A DNA stretch of 64,000 nt from an uncultured Actinomycetota bacterium (GTDB taxonomy: Bacteria > Actinomycetota > Actinomycetes > Streptosporangiales > Streptosporangiaceae), in the NCBI GenBank assembly GCA_963781225.1, contig CAWAFD010000004.1, forward strand, positions 32,353 to 96,352. The letters are read 5' to 3'. Positions 46,890 to 56,550 of the stretch are shown one piece after another (position 1 is the first letter of the stretch; every line of letters begins with the position of its first letter). The position numbers and the translations under genes are program-made. The notes below the pieces were generated by a model. It saw only the letters and a list, made by a program, of their open reading frames with translations. It was not told the DNA's origin and did not search any database.

Positions 46890-47825
46890 ATGTATCCCCG
46901 GTATCCGGGCTACACCCCCCGCCGCGACGGCGGCCTGGGCGCGTACGAAACCGTCCTCGCCCGGGCGGGCTTTGCGCCGGTGGCCGGTATTGACGAGGCA
47001 GGCCGGGGGGCGTGCGCGGGCCCGCTCGTGATAGCGGCGGTCGTGCTGGATCCGGCCACGATCCGGCGGATGCCGAGCCTGGCCGATTCCAAGCTGCTCA
47101 CCCCGCAGGCGCGCGAACAGGCCTACGCCGAGGTGCTCCGCTGGGCCGCTGACTGGCACGTGGTCGTGATCGGCGCCGACCAGATCGACGCGACCGGCCT
47201 GCACGTGTGCAACGTGGCGGGCATGCGGCGCGCATACGCGGGCCTGCGGAGCAAGCCGGGGTATGTGCTGACCGATGGTTTCCCCGTCCGCGGCCTCGGC
47301 GCACCCGCGCTGGCGGTCTGGAAGGGAGACCGGGTCACCGCGTCGGTGGCGGCCGCCTCCGTGCTGGCCAAAGTCAGCCGGGACCGGATGATGCGGGACC
47401 TGCACGAACGTTATCCCCTATATGGCTTCGACCGGCACAAGGGATACGTGACCGATGAACATGTTCAGGCCCTGGCTGAGCACGGGCCGAGTCCGGTGCA
47501 CCGGTACTCGTTCGTGAACGTGACCAGGGTCGCGGGCGTGGCCCGCCCGGCCACGCTGGAGGACCTGGCCGCGGCTGACCCTGAGGCGTTCCCGGCTGAC
47601 CCGGAGGCGCTTGCGGCTGACCCGGAGGCGCTTGCGGCTGACCCGGAGGCGCTTGCGGCTGACCCGGAGGCGCCGGTGCAGCCTGGGGATGCGGACCTTG
47701 AGGATCCGGCGTCCGCCATGACCGCCGCGGCTATTCGTGCCGCCGGGCCGGACGGGGCCGGGCCGGCCCTCGAAATGAGCCCGGCCGGGCCCGCGGGGGA
47801 GAACGAGAGGAGAATGGACCAATGA
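46890..47825 (+). CDS. rnhB: Ribonuclease HII with a repetitive C-terminal extension
   Basis: GIDEAGRGACAGPLVIAAVVL...DSKLL...HKGY. The start is uncertain (ATG 46890, 46800 or 46707). Confidence 0.85.
   Translation: MYPRYPGYTPRRDGGLGAYETVLARAGFAPVAGIDEAGRGACAGPLVIAAVVLDPATIRRMPSLADSKLLTPQAREQAYAEVLRWAADWHVVVIGADQIDATGLHVCNVAGMRRAYAGLRSKPGYVLTDGFPVRGLGAPALAVWKGDRVTASVAAASVLAKVSRDRMMRDLHERYPLYGFDRHKGYVTDEHVQALAEHGPSPVHRYSFVNVTRVAGVARPATLEDLAAADPEAFPADPEALAADPEALAADPEALAADPEAPVQPGDADLEDPASAMTAAAIRAAGPDGAGPALEMSPAGPAGENERRMDQ
47574..47678. repeat. 21-nt tandem repeat x5 in the rnhB 3-prime region
   Basis: The unit gctgacccggaggcgcttgcg encodes ADPEALA. Three central units are identical and the flanking units are diverged. 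Confidence 0.9.
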
Positions 47826-48151
47826 GCGCGGAGGACCTTGAGAAGTACGAGGCGGAGATGGAGCTGCAGCTCTATCGGGAGTACCGCGACGTCGTAGGGT
47901 TGTTCACGCACGTGGTCGAGACCGAGCGCAGGTTCTACCTGACAAATGACGTTGAGCTGAACGTACGGTCAAGCGATAACGGCGAAGTGTTCTTCGAAGT
48001 TACGATGCGGGATGCGTGGGTCTGGGATATGTATAGGCCCGCGAGGTTCGTCAAGAATGTCCGCGTGGTCACCTTCAAGGATGTCAACATTGAGGAACTG
48101 GCCAAGGCTGACCTCGAGGTTCCAGACGAGAAGCCGGACTTCCCGGCGTAA
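47822..48151 (+). CDS. DUF2469 domain protein
   Basis: MSAEDLEKYEAEMELQLYREYRDVVGLF...WVWDMYRPARFV. ATGA overlap with rnhB. Confidence 0.85.
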   Translation: MSAEDLEKYEAEMELQLYREYRDVVGLFTHVVETERRFYLTNDVELNVRSSDNGEVFFEVTMRDAWVWDMYRPARFVKNVRVVTFKDVNIEELAKADLEVPDEKPDFPA

Positions 48152-48167
48152 CTAGCGCGGAGGGCGC

Positions 48168-48932
48168 ATGTTCGGGCTGCCTGACGGAGTTGCCGCATGC
48201 CTATTCGACATGGACGGCGTGGTGACCCAGACCGCTACCGTGCATGCGGCGGCCTGGAAAGAGATGTTCGACGAATTCCTCGCCGAGCACGCGAAGGCCA
48301 CTGGGACCAAGTTCGTCCCGTTCGACCAGCACCATGAATACGACGCCTATGTCGACGGCAGGCCCAGGCTGGATGGCACCAGGGCTTTCCTGGAATCCCG
48401 CGGCATCGACCTGCCCGAGGGAAGTCCCGATGACCCAGCCGGGAAACAGACCCTCTACGGGCTGAGTAACCGCAAGAACGACCTGGTCCTGGCGAAGATA
48501 GCGTCCGGCGGCGTGCAGGTGTACGACGGCACTATCCGCTACATCAAGGCCGTGCGGGAGGCGAAGATCGCCACCGCGATCGTCTCGGCCAGCGCGAACA
48601 CCGTGCAGGTGCTCCAGGCCGCGGACATCGAGGACCTCTTCGACGTGCGCATCGATGGCGTGATCGCCAAGGAGCGTCACCTGCGCGGCAAGCCCGCCCC
48701 GGACACCTTCCTGGCGGCGGCGCAGGCACTGGGCGTGCCTGCCGCGCACGCCGTGGTCTTCGAGGACGCCCAGGCCGGGGTGGCCGCAGGTCATGCGGGG
48801 CACTTTGCCCTGGTGGTGGGCGTGGACCGGGTCGGCCAGGCCGAGCAGCTCAAGGAGCACGGCGCCGACGTCGTGGTCACCGACGTCGCGGACCTCCTCA
48901 CAGCGAACGGGAATTCGGGTAAGGACGCCTGA
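48168..48932 (+). CDS. HAD-superfamily hydrolase, beta-phosphoglucomutase-like
   Basis: LFDMDGVVT motif I, SASAN, GKPAPD, FEDAQAGVAAG. Confidence 0.8.
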   Translation: MFGLPDGVAACLFDMDGVVTQTATVHAAAWKEMFDEFLAEHAKATGTKFVPFDQHHEYDAYVDGRPRLDGTRAFLESRGIDLPEGSPDDPAGKQTLYGLSNRKNDLVLAKIASGGVQVYDGTIRYIKAVREAKIATAIVSASANTVQVLQAADIEDLFDVRIDGVIAKERHLRGKPAPDTFLAAAQALGVPAAHAVVFEDAQAGVAAGHAGHFALVVGVDRVGQAEQLKEHGADVVVTDVADLLTANGNSGKDA

Positions 48933-51286
48933 TGATCAAGCAGTCTGCCTACGGGACCGAGCCCTGGCGGCTCGTGGAGAAGCGGCTTGACCTGGACCTG
49001 CTCGCGCAGAGCGAGTCGATCTTCGCGTTGTCGAACGGGCACATCGGGCTGCGCGGCAACCTCGACGAGGGCGACCCGCACGGCCTGCCCGGCACGTACC
49101 TGAACTCGGTGTACGAGGTGCGGCCGCTGCCGTACGCCGAGGCGGGCTACGGCTATCCCGACGCCGGGCAGACCGCGATCAACGTCACCAACGGCAAGAT
49201 CTTCCGGCTGCTCGTCGACGACGAGCCGTTCGACATCAGGTACGGCACGCTGCACTCGCACGAGCGCATCCTGGACCTGCGCGCGGGCACCCTGACCAGG
49301 ACGGTCGACTGGTCCTCCCCGGCCGGCGCCCGGATCAGGCTGACCTCGGTGCGGATGGTGTCGCTGACCCAGCGAGCGATCGCGGCCATGAGCTACACCG
49401 TGGAGCCGGTCGAGGGGAAGCTGCGGCTGGTGCTGCAGTCCGAGATCGTGGCCAACGAGGAGCTGCCGCAGGGCGGCAAGGATCCCCGGCTCTCCGCGAT
49501 CTTGCAGTCACCGCTGGTCAGCGAGTTTCACGAGAGCAACGAAGCTAACGGGTCCCGGGTCCTGCTCGTGCACAACACCCGGGTCAGCAACCTGCGTATC
49601 GCGGCCGGGATGTCGCACGAGATCAGCGGCCCGCAGAAGATGAGCACCCGGGTCGAGTCCTACCCCGACCTGGGCAGGCTCACGATCGCCGCTGAGGTCG
49701 GCGCGGGTGAGCAGCTGCACCTGGTGAAATACGTCGGCTACGGCTGGTCAAGCGGGCGTTCCCGTCCCGCGCTCATCGACCAGGTGGTCGGCGCGCTCGC
49801 GGCCGCGCACCTGACCGGCTGGGACGGCCTGCTGGCCGAGCAGAAGGCATTCCTGGACGATTTCTGGGACGGCGCCGACGTCGAGGTGGACGGCGACGCC
49901 GAGATTCAGCAGGCCGCCCGCTTCGGGCTGTTCCACATCCTCCAAGCTGGAGCACGGGCCGAGTACCGGCCGATCGCCGCCAAGGGCCTGACCGGGACGG
50001 GGTACGACGGGCATACGTTCTGGGACACCGAGTCCTTCGTCCTGCCCGTGCTCATGTACACCCACCCGACCGCCGCGGCCGACGCCCTGCGGTGGCGGCA
50101 CGCGGTGATCGGGGATGCCAAGCAGCACGCGAGCGACCTCGGCCTGGCGGGCGCCGCGTTCCCGTGGCGGACGATCCGGGGCCAGGAGTGTTCCGGTTAC
50201 TGGCCTGCCGGGACCGCGGCCTTCCACATCAACGCGGACATCGCCGACGCCGTGGTGCGCTACCTGGACGCCACGCAGGACGAGAAGTTCGAGAAGGAAG
50301 TCGGCCTGGAGCTGCTGGTCGAGACGGCCCGCCTCTGGCGCTCACTTGGGCAGCACGACGCCGCGGGCCGGTTCCGGATCGAGGGTGTGACCGGACCGGA
50401 TGAGTACAGCGCGATCAAGGACAACAACATCTACACCAACCTGATGGCGCAGCGGAATCTGGCTAGCGCGGCCGATCTGGCCGAGAAGCTGCCCGGCGCC
50501 GCCGAAGCCCTGGGCGTGACGACCGAGGAGGCGGCCTCCTGGCGGGACGCGGCGAATGCGATGTACATCCCGTTCGACAAGCGCCTCGACGTCCACCCGC
50601 AGCACGAGGGCTTCACCGATTACGCCCGGTGGGACTTTAAGAACACCCCCGAGGACCACTACCCGCTGCTGCTGCACTACCCGTACTTCCAGCTCTACCG
50701 CAAGCAGGTCGTCAAGCAGGCCGACCTGGTCCTGGCCATGTACATGCGGCCGGACGCCTTCACCGAGGCGCAGAAGGCACGCAACTTCGCCTACTACGAG
50801 CCGCTGACGGTCCGCGATTCCTCACTGTCGGCCTGCACCCAGGCGGTGATCGCCGCCGAGGTGGGTCAGCTCGACCTGGCCCACGACTACCTGGCCGAAG
50901 CCGCGCTCATGGACCTGCGGGACGTCGAGCACAACACCTCCGATGGCGTCCACATGGCGTCGCTGGCCGGGGCCTGGATGGCACTGATCTGCGGGTTCGG
51001 CGGGATGCGCGTGGGCGAGGGCCCGCTGGAGTTCAACCCGCGGCTGCCCGGCGGCCTAGCCGAGATCAAGTTCCGGCTGCGCTACCGCGGCCGCAGACTG
51101 CGTATCTCGATCACCTCCGCGCGGGCCAAGTACGAGCTGCTCGACGGCGACCCGCTGACCCTCCTGCACCACCGCAGGGAGTTCGAGCTCGGCAAGCGTG
51201 CGGCCGAGCACGAGATCCCGCCGATGAAGGCCGGACCCCGGCCGGAGCAGCCTCCGGGCCGCGCTCCCTACAACCGGGCCGGCTGA
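48932..51286 (+). CDS. Glycoside hydrolase family 65 phosphorylase (trehalose/kojibiose/maltose phosphorylase-like)
   Basis: 784 aa with the start overlapping the HAD stop. The N-terminal segment FALSNGHIGLRGNLDEG and the central GTGYDGHTFWDTE segment are typical of GH65. Confidence 0.8.
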   Translation: MIKQSAYGTEPWRLVEKRLDLDLLAQSESIFALSNGHIGLRGNLDEGDPHGLPGTYLNSVYEVRPLPYAEAGYGYPDAGQTAINVTNGKIFRLLVDDEPFDIRYGTLHSHERILDLRAGTLTRTVDWSSPAGARIRLTSVRMVSLTQRAIAAMSYTVEPVEGKLRLVLQSEIVANEELPQGGKDPRLSAILQSPLVSEFHESNEANGSRVLLVHNTRVSNLRIAAGMSHEISGPQKMSTRVESYPDLGRLTIAAEVGAGEQLHLVKYVGYGWSSGRSRPALIDQVVGALAAAHLTGWDGLLAEQKAFLDDFWDGADVEVDGDAEIQQAARFGLFHILQAGARAEYRPIAAKGLTGTGYDGHTFWDTESFVLPVLMYTHPTAAADALRWRHAVIGDAKQHASDLGLAGAAFPWRTIRGQECSGYWPAGTAAFHINADIADAVVRYLDATQDEKFEKEVGLELLVETARLWRSLGQHDAAGRFRIEGVTGPDEYSAIKDNNIYTNLMAQRNLASAADLAEKLPGAAEALGVTTEEAASWRDAANAMYIPFDKRLDVHPQHEGFTDYARWDFKNTPEDHYPLLLHYPYFQLYRKQVVKQADLVLAMYMRPDAFTEAQKARNFAYYEPLTVRDSSLSACTQAVIAAEVGQLDLAHDYLAEAALMDLRDVEHNTSDGVHMASLAGAWMALICGFGGMRVGEGPLEFNPRLPGGLAEIKFRLRYRGRRLRISITSARAKYELLDGDPLTLLHHRREFELGKRAAEHEIPPMKAGPRPEQPPGRAPYNRAG

Positions 51287-51404
51287 CCCGCATCGGCCGC
51301 TCTGGCCGGCCGGATCTTTGGCGACGGCTGCTCGCCTGCCGCCGAGACTTCGCCCGTCGTGAACGGGGCTGTCCACCGGCGCCCGGCAATGCTGGACTAC
51401 CGGG

Positions 51405-52403
51405 ATGGACATTCTTGTTCTCGGCGGGACGGCCTGGCTCGGACGCGAAACGGCCGCGCAGGCGGTGGCGCGAGGGCACAGGGTGACCTGCCTGGCGCGG
51501 GGCCAGGCCGGGAGCGTGGCGGAGGGCGCGGATCTGGTCGCCGCGGACAGGCGCCAGCCCGGGGCCTACGACGCGGTGCGCAGCCGGGACTGGGACGCGG
51601 TCATCGAGGTCTCCTGGCAGCCCGGGCTCGTGCGCGGCGCGCTGGCCGCGCTCGGTGCCCGCGCCGCGCACTGGACCTACGTGTCCTCCGTCAGCGCCTA
51701 CGCCGCCCACGACGTGATCGGCGCGGACGAGAGCACGCCGGTGCTGCCCGCCGCCGAAGGTGACGAGGCGCAGCCGGAACAGTACGGCGAGGCCAAGGTG
51801 GCGTGCGAGCAGGCCTGCGCCGCGGTTGTGGGCGGCCGGGCGGTGATTGCCCGGGCTGGGCTGATCGGCGGTCCCGGTGACCACACCGGCCGGTCCGGCT
51901 ACTGGGTGGCCCGGGCCGCCCGCGCCCCGCATGTCCCGATGCTGGTGCCGGACACACCCGAGCTGGCCACCCAGGTCATCGACGCGCGGGACCTGGCCAC
52001 CTGGATGCTGGACTGCGCCCAGGCCGGGACCACCGGCACCTATGACGCGGTGGGCCCGGTAGTGCCGTTTGGTTCCTGGGTCGAGCTGGCTCGTGCGGTG
52101 GGCGGCCATGCCGCCGGGGTGGTGCCAGCTGGCCCGGCCTGGCTGGCCGCGCACGGCGTGGCCGAATGGATGGGCCCGGAGTCGCTGCCGATGTGGGTGA
52201 ATGAGCCCGGTTGGGAGGGCATAGCCGCGCGCAGCGGTGCCGCCGCTGAGGCGGCCGGGCTGCGGAACCGGCCGCGTGCCGAGTTCCTGGCCGACACCCT
52301 GGCGTGGGAGCGGGACCAGGGACTGGACCGGGAGCGTGGCGCGGGGCTGAGCGCGGCCAGAGAGCGAGAGCTAATCGCGGAACTGGCCGGGGCACAGCCC
52401 TAG
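51405..52403 (+). CDS. NAD-dependent epimerase/dehydratase family (atypical SDR) protein
   Basis: [17 protein letters not shown] Rossmann motif; YGEAK segment. Confidence 0.7.
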   Translation: MDILVLGGTAWLGRETAAQAVARGHRVTCLARGQAGSVAEGADLVAADRRQPGAYDAVRSRDWDAVIEVSWQPGLVRGALAALGARAAHWTYVSSVSAYAAHDVIGADESTPVLPAAEGDEAQPEQYGEAKVACEQACAAVVGGRAVIARAGLIGGPGDHTGRSGYWVARAARAPHVPMLVPDTPELATQVIDARDLATWMLDCAQAGTTGTYDAVGPVVPFGSWVELARAVGGHAAGVVPAGPAWLAAHGVAEWMGPESLPMWVNEPGWEGIAARSGAAAEAAGLRNRPRAEFLADTLAWERDQGLDRERGAGLSAARERELIAELAGAQP

Positions 52404-52579
52404 CAGCGGCAGCCAGACCCGTCCACGATCTCGACGATCGACTCCTCCGGGAGCGCGCATCGTCATGAAGATGTCGTGGCGAACCAGGTCCAGCGACACG
52501 TTCACCACACGGGATGAGCGCGGCACGTCGGGCAGTTCGCTCACGCTCATCAGCGTGATCATGCGCGCGGCCACAAGCC

Positions 52580-52624
52580 GGGCTCAACCAGTCTGGGCTG
52601 GACCAGTCTGGGCTGAACCAGACC
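52580..52624. repeat. 15-nt tandem repeat x3, intergenic
   Basis: gggctcaaccagtct / gggctggaccagtct / gggctgaaccagacc. Confidence 0.8.
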
Positions 52625-52786
52625 GCCCTGGCCGCGGGCCACAAAGCCCCACCCGGATTGAACCACCCGGTACTGACATTCCCCGGTCGTTTTCCACCAC
52701 CGGCCCTGCTTCCGTTGCGGTTTCCCCAGCCCGGACCGCTGCCCGGCGAGCTCGTCGGGTTACCGCGATCGTCGGTACCGGAGGTG

Positions 52787-53149
52787 ATGGCGATGCGCGC
52801 CAAGGATGTGCTGGGGAAATCGGGTGAGCAGGCCGCCGCCGAGTATCTGGAGTCGTGCGGGCTGCGGGTCCTCGACCGGAACTGGCGATGCGCCAGCGGC
52901 GAGATCGACATCGTGGCTACCGAGCGCCGGACGCTGGTGGTCTGCGAGGTCAAGTCCAGGAGCGGGCTGCGCTACGGCAGTCCCCTGGAGGCCGTGAGCC
53001 GGGCCAAGCTGGCCCGGCTGCGCCGGCTCGCGGTGCTGTGGCTGAATGCGCACGGAATCAGGTTCGACCAGGTCCGGATCGACGTAGTCGGCCTGGTGTA
53101 CGACGGCACCGGCGGGTTCACCATCTCCCACGTTCGCGGGGTGGGCTAG
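52787..53149 (+). CDS. yraN: YraN family (UPF0102) endonuclease-like protein
   Basis: GEQAAAEYLESCGLRVLDRNWRCASGEIDIVA...VVCEVKSR. ATG at 52787 after ggaggtg. Confidence 0.85.
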   Translation: MAMRAKDVLGKSGEQAAAEYLESCGLRVLDRNWRCASGEIDIVATERRTLVVCEVKSRSGLRYGSPLEAVSRAKLARLRRLAVLWLNAHGIRFDQVRIDVVGLVYDGTGGFTISHVRGVG

Positions 53150-53151
53150 CG

Positions 53152-54756
53152 GTGGCGCTCGCCCAAACCCACTCGGTGGCCTTGATCGGGGTGACCGGCC
53201 ACGTGGTGGAAATCGAGGTGGACATCGCCAACGGCCTGGTCGGAATGATCATGGTCGGCCTGCCGGATACCGCGCTGCGTGAGGCCCGGGACCGGATCCG
53301 GGCGGCGATCACCAACAGCGGCGAGGACTGGCCCCAGCGGAAGATCACCGTCGGGCTGTCTCCGGCCAGCCTGCCCAAGCGGGGCAGCTGGTTCGACCTG
53401 GCCATCGCGATCGGGGTCCTCGCCGCGGCGGGCAAGGTGCCGAGGGCGGCGCTGCCCGGGGTGATGTTCTTCGGTGAACTCGGCCTCGACGGGCGGCTGC
53501 GGCCGGTTCGCGGTGTCCTTCCCGCTATTGCGGCGGCGGCCGAGCACGGGTTCGGCACCGTCATGGTGGCCACACCCAACGCGGCCGAAGCTCAGCTGGT
53601 GCCGGACGTGCGGGTGATCGCGGCCGGCACCCTGGCCGCGGCCGCGGACTGGATCCGCGGGACGCCGGGCCTGTCCGGAGAGCTGCCGGCGGCTGAGTTC
53701 CGGCGGCCACCCCCGTCCCTGGCAGCCGCGTCCCCGGCGACCGCGTCCCTGACGGCCTCGTCTCTGGCGCTCGCACCCGGCCCCGCAGCAGCAGCCACCC
53801 CCGACCTCGCCGAACTGATGGGCCAGTCGATGGCCCGCCGGGCCGCCGAGATATGCGCGGCGGGCGGTCATCACCTGTCCCTGCTCGGACCGCCCGGGGC
53901 GGGCAAGACCATGCTCGCCGAGCGCCTCCCCACCATCTTGCCCCGGCTTGACCGGACGACCGCGCTGGAAGTGACGGCGATCCACTCGGTCGCGGGTACG
54001 CTGCCCCCGCAAGTCCCGCTGCTGACCGACCCGCCGTTCCTCGCGCCACACCACACCGCGACCAAGGCCGCCATCGTCGGCGGCGGTAGCGGCATCATCC
54101 GGCCGGGTTCCGCCTCCCTGGCGCACCGGGGTGTGCTCTTCCTCGACGAAGCGCCGGAGTTTGCCCGGGACGTGCTCGACGCGCTGCGCCAGCCGCTGGA
54201 AGCTGGTGAGGTGGTGGTGGCCAGATCGGGCGTCACCGCCAGGTTCCCCGCCCGGTTCACGCTGGTCATGGCGGCCAACCCTTGCCCGTGCGCCAAGGCA
54301 GCCGGACCGGCGGAAGGTTGCAGCTGCAGCCCTTCGGCGCGCCGCAGGTATCTCGGCCGGCTGTCGGGGCCGCTGCTGGACCGGGTAGACGTCAAGATCG
54401 AGCTCGAGCCGGTCAGCCGCCGGGAATTGCTCAGCGACCGGAGCTTCGCGGAGTCGAGCCGCACCGTGGCGCTGCGCGTGATCCAGGCCCGAGACCGGGC
54501 TGCCCGCCGGCTGCACGGGACTCCGTGGCGGCTCAATGCCGAGATTCCGGGCTCGGAGCTGCGGCGAACCTGGCCGCCCGCGCCCGGCTCGCTGGTCGTG
54601 CTCGAGCGGTCGCTCGAGCGTGGCCTGATCACCGCGCGTGGCGTCGTCAAGGTCATCCGGGTGGCGTGGACGCTCGCCGATCTGGCTGGTCGGCCGCGGC
54701 CGACCAAGGATGACTGCCACCTCGCGCTGACCATGTGGCTCGGGGTACAGCGGTGA
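53152..54756 (+). CDS. yifB: YifB/ComM family Mg-chelatase-like AAA ATPase
   Basis: GTG at 53152. LIGVTGHVVEIEVDI..., Walker A GPPGAGKT, LFLDEAPEF, and a C-terminal Mg-chelatase domain. Confidence 0.9.
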   Translation: MALAQTHSVALIGVTGHVVEIEVDIANGLVGMIMVGLPDTALREARDRIRAAITNSGEDWPQRKITVGLSPASLPKRGSWFDLAIAIGVLAAAGKVPRAALPGVMFFGELGLDGRLRPVRGVLPAIAAAAEHGFGTVMVATPNAAEAQLVPDVRVIAAGTLAAAADWIRGTPGLSGELPAAEFRRPPPSLAAASPATASLTASSLALAPGPAAAATPDLAELMGQSMARRAAEICAAGGHHLSLLGPPGAGKTMLAERLPTILPRLDRTTALEVTAIHSVAGTLPPQVPLLTDPPFLAPHHTATKAAIVGGGSGIIRPGSASLAHRGVLFLDEAPEFARDVLDALRQPLEAGEVVVARSGVTARFPARFTLVMAANPCPCAKAAGPAEGCSCSPSARRRYLGRLSGPLLDRVDVKIELEPVSRRELLSDRSFAESSRTVALRVIQARDRAARRLHGTPWRLNAEIPGSELRRTWPPAPGSLVVLERSLERGLITARGVVKVIRVAWTLADLAGRPRPTKDDCHLALTMWLGVQR

Positions 54757-55976
54757 GCCCGCCCGGCCGGCTCAGCCACGACAAGCTCGCCCGCGCCGCG
54801 CTAACCTATCTGGCCGAGCCCGGTGATCCCGCGCTTGGCGCTCTGCTCAGCCGGACCGAGCCGGCTGAGGTGCTGGCTGCGATCAAGGCCGACACGCTGC
54901 CGCAGTCCGCATCAGCCGGTGACGACAGGCCGGCCAGCCGGGCGGCGCTGAGCAGGGCGCTGCACCGCTGGCGGCTCCGGCTCTCCCTGCTGCCCGGCGA
55001 TGCCGATATCGAGCGCGCCTGCCGGGACGGCATCCGGCTGACGTGCCCCGGCGACGCCGAATGGCCCGAAGGGCTCGACGAGCTCGGCGCCGCACGTCCG
55101 TATGCGCTGTGGGTGCGCGGGCACGCAGACCTGCGCTTCAGCTGCCTGCGGTCGGTGTCGATCGTGGGATCACGCGCCGCCACCAGTTACGGCGCTCATG
55201 TCGCCGCCGAGATCGCGGCCGATCTCGGCGAGCGGGGCTGGGCGGTTGTCTCGGGCGGGGCCTACGGCGTCGACGCGGCCGCGCACCGCGGCGCGCTGGC
55301 CGCGGAGGGTGTCACGATCGCGGTCCTGGCCTGCGGGGTGGACTATCCGTATCCCGCCGGGCACGCGGACCTGTTCGCGGCGATCGCGGCGCAGGGGCTC
55401 GTGATCAGCGAATGGCCGCCCGGCAGCCATCCGGCCCGGACGCGGTTCCTGATCCGGAACAGGTCTATCGCGGCGCTGACCTGCGGCACGGTGATCGTCG
55501 AGGCGGGGGAGCGCAGTGGTGCGCTGAATACGGCAGGCCACGCCGCCGACCTGGGCAGGCCGCTGATGGCCGTGCCGGGGCCGGTGACCTCAGCTCAGTC
55601 CGCCGGATGCCACCGGATCATCAGGGAGTGGGCCGCGAGCTGCGTCACCCACGCCGCCGATGTCATCGACATCGTGTCGCCGCTGACCGTCGCGGATGCG
55701 CTGGCGCCGGCCGGCGGCCCGGGTTATGCGTCTTCCCCTCGCTCCGGGCCGCCGGGTTCGCGGCCGCCTGTCACCGGCCAGCCATCGGTTGATGACCTTG
55801 ATCTGGACAGCGCCCGGGTGCTCGACGCGTTTCCTGCCCGCGGCCGGGTCGGGCCAGCGACCATCGCCGTCGGCGCGGGCGTCGACCTGGATACGGTGCT
55901 GCGCTGTCTCGGGCTGCTCGCCGGCCAGGGCTTCATCGAGCGCTGCGAAGGCGGCTGGCGCCTGCACAAGCCCTGA
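54753..55976 (+). CDS. dprA: DNA-processing protein DprA
   Basis: IVGSRAATSYGAHVAAEIAADLGERGWAVVSGGAYGVDAAAHRGAL...IRNRSIAAL. The GTG overlaps the yifB stop; an alternative start lies at 54735. Confidence 0.9.
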   Translation: MSPPGRLSHDKLARAALTYLAEPGDPALGALLSRTEPAEVLAAIKADTLPQSASAGDDRPASRAALSRALHRWRLRLSLLPGDADIERACRDGIRLTCPGDAEWPEGLDELGAARPYALWVRGHADLRFSCLRSVSIVGSRAATSYGAHVAAEIAADLGERGWAVVSGGAYGVDAAAHRGALAAEGVTIAVLACGVDYPYPAGHADLFAAIAAQGLVISEWPPGSHPARTRFLIRNRSIAALTCGTVIVEAGERSGALNTAGHAADLGRPLMAVPGPVTSAQSAGCHRIIREWAASCVTHAADVIDIVSPLTVADALAPAGGPGYASSPRSGPPGSRPPVTGQPSVDDLDLDSARVLDAFPARGRVGPATIAVGAGVDLDTVLRCLGLLAGQGFIERCEGGWRLHKP

Positions 55977-56052
55977 CCGCGAGCCAGAAGCTCCACTTTG
56001 ACCTGCTAGCGTTCGTGATCGGCCAGCTCCTCCTCCGACGAAAGTGCTCACG

Positions 56053-56550
56053 ATGCGCGGCTACGACCCGGCCGTATTCGAGGCCTTCTTCACCGCGATC
56101 ATCGCCGCCGCGGCCGCCCTGACCGGCCTGCTGTTCGTCGCTATCTCCATCAACCTGGACAAGATCGTCAAGGGCGCAGAAAACCCTGTCGACCCGGGCC
56201 GCTGAGGCTCTGGCCACGCTGCTGCTCGTGGTGGTGACCTCTGCCGTCGCCCTGATCCCGCAGAGCACCCGCCTGATGGGCCTGGAGATCTTGATCCTGG
56301 CCGTGCCGATACTCGCGGTAACGGTGTCCAAGCAGGTGATCCAGCGGCGTCAGAGCAGTAGCGACCCGCTCTACTGGACCATCTCCCGGGCGCTAAGCAT
56401 CGGCGTCGGCACCGTCCCCTGCACCGTCGCCGGGTTCTCGCTCGCCTTGCACGCGGCGGTGGCTTCTACTGGCTCGCGTCAGCAGGCCTGCTGGGTGTTG
56501 TCGGCGCCGTCTACAACGCCTGGGTTCTCCTCATCGAGATCATCCGCTGA
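56053..56550 (+). pseudogene. Small integral membrane protein (~165 aa if restored) with two frame disruptions
   Basis: It is read across three frames. The first is MRGYDPAVFEAFFTAIIAAAAALTGLLFVAISINLDKIVKGAE. The second is LSTRAAEALATLLLVVVTSAVALIPQ...FSLALHA. The third is GGFYWLASAGLLGVVGAVYNAWVLLIEIIR-stop. The junctions are at about 56179-56188 (A/C runs) and about 56452-56462. Confidence 0.6.
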
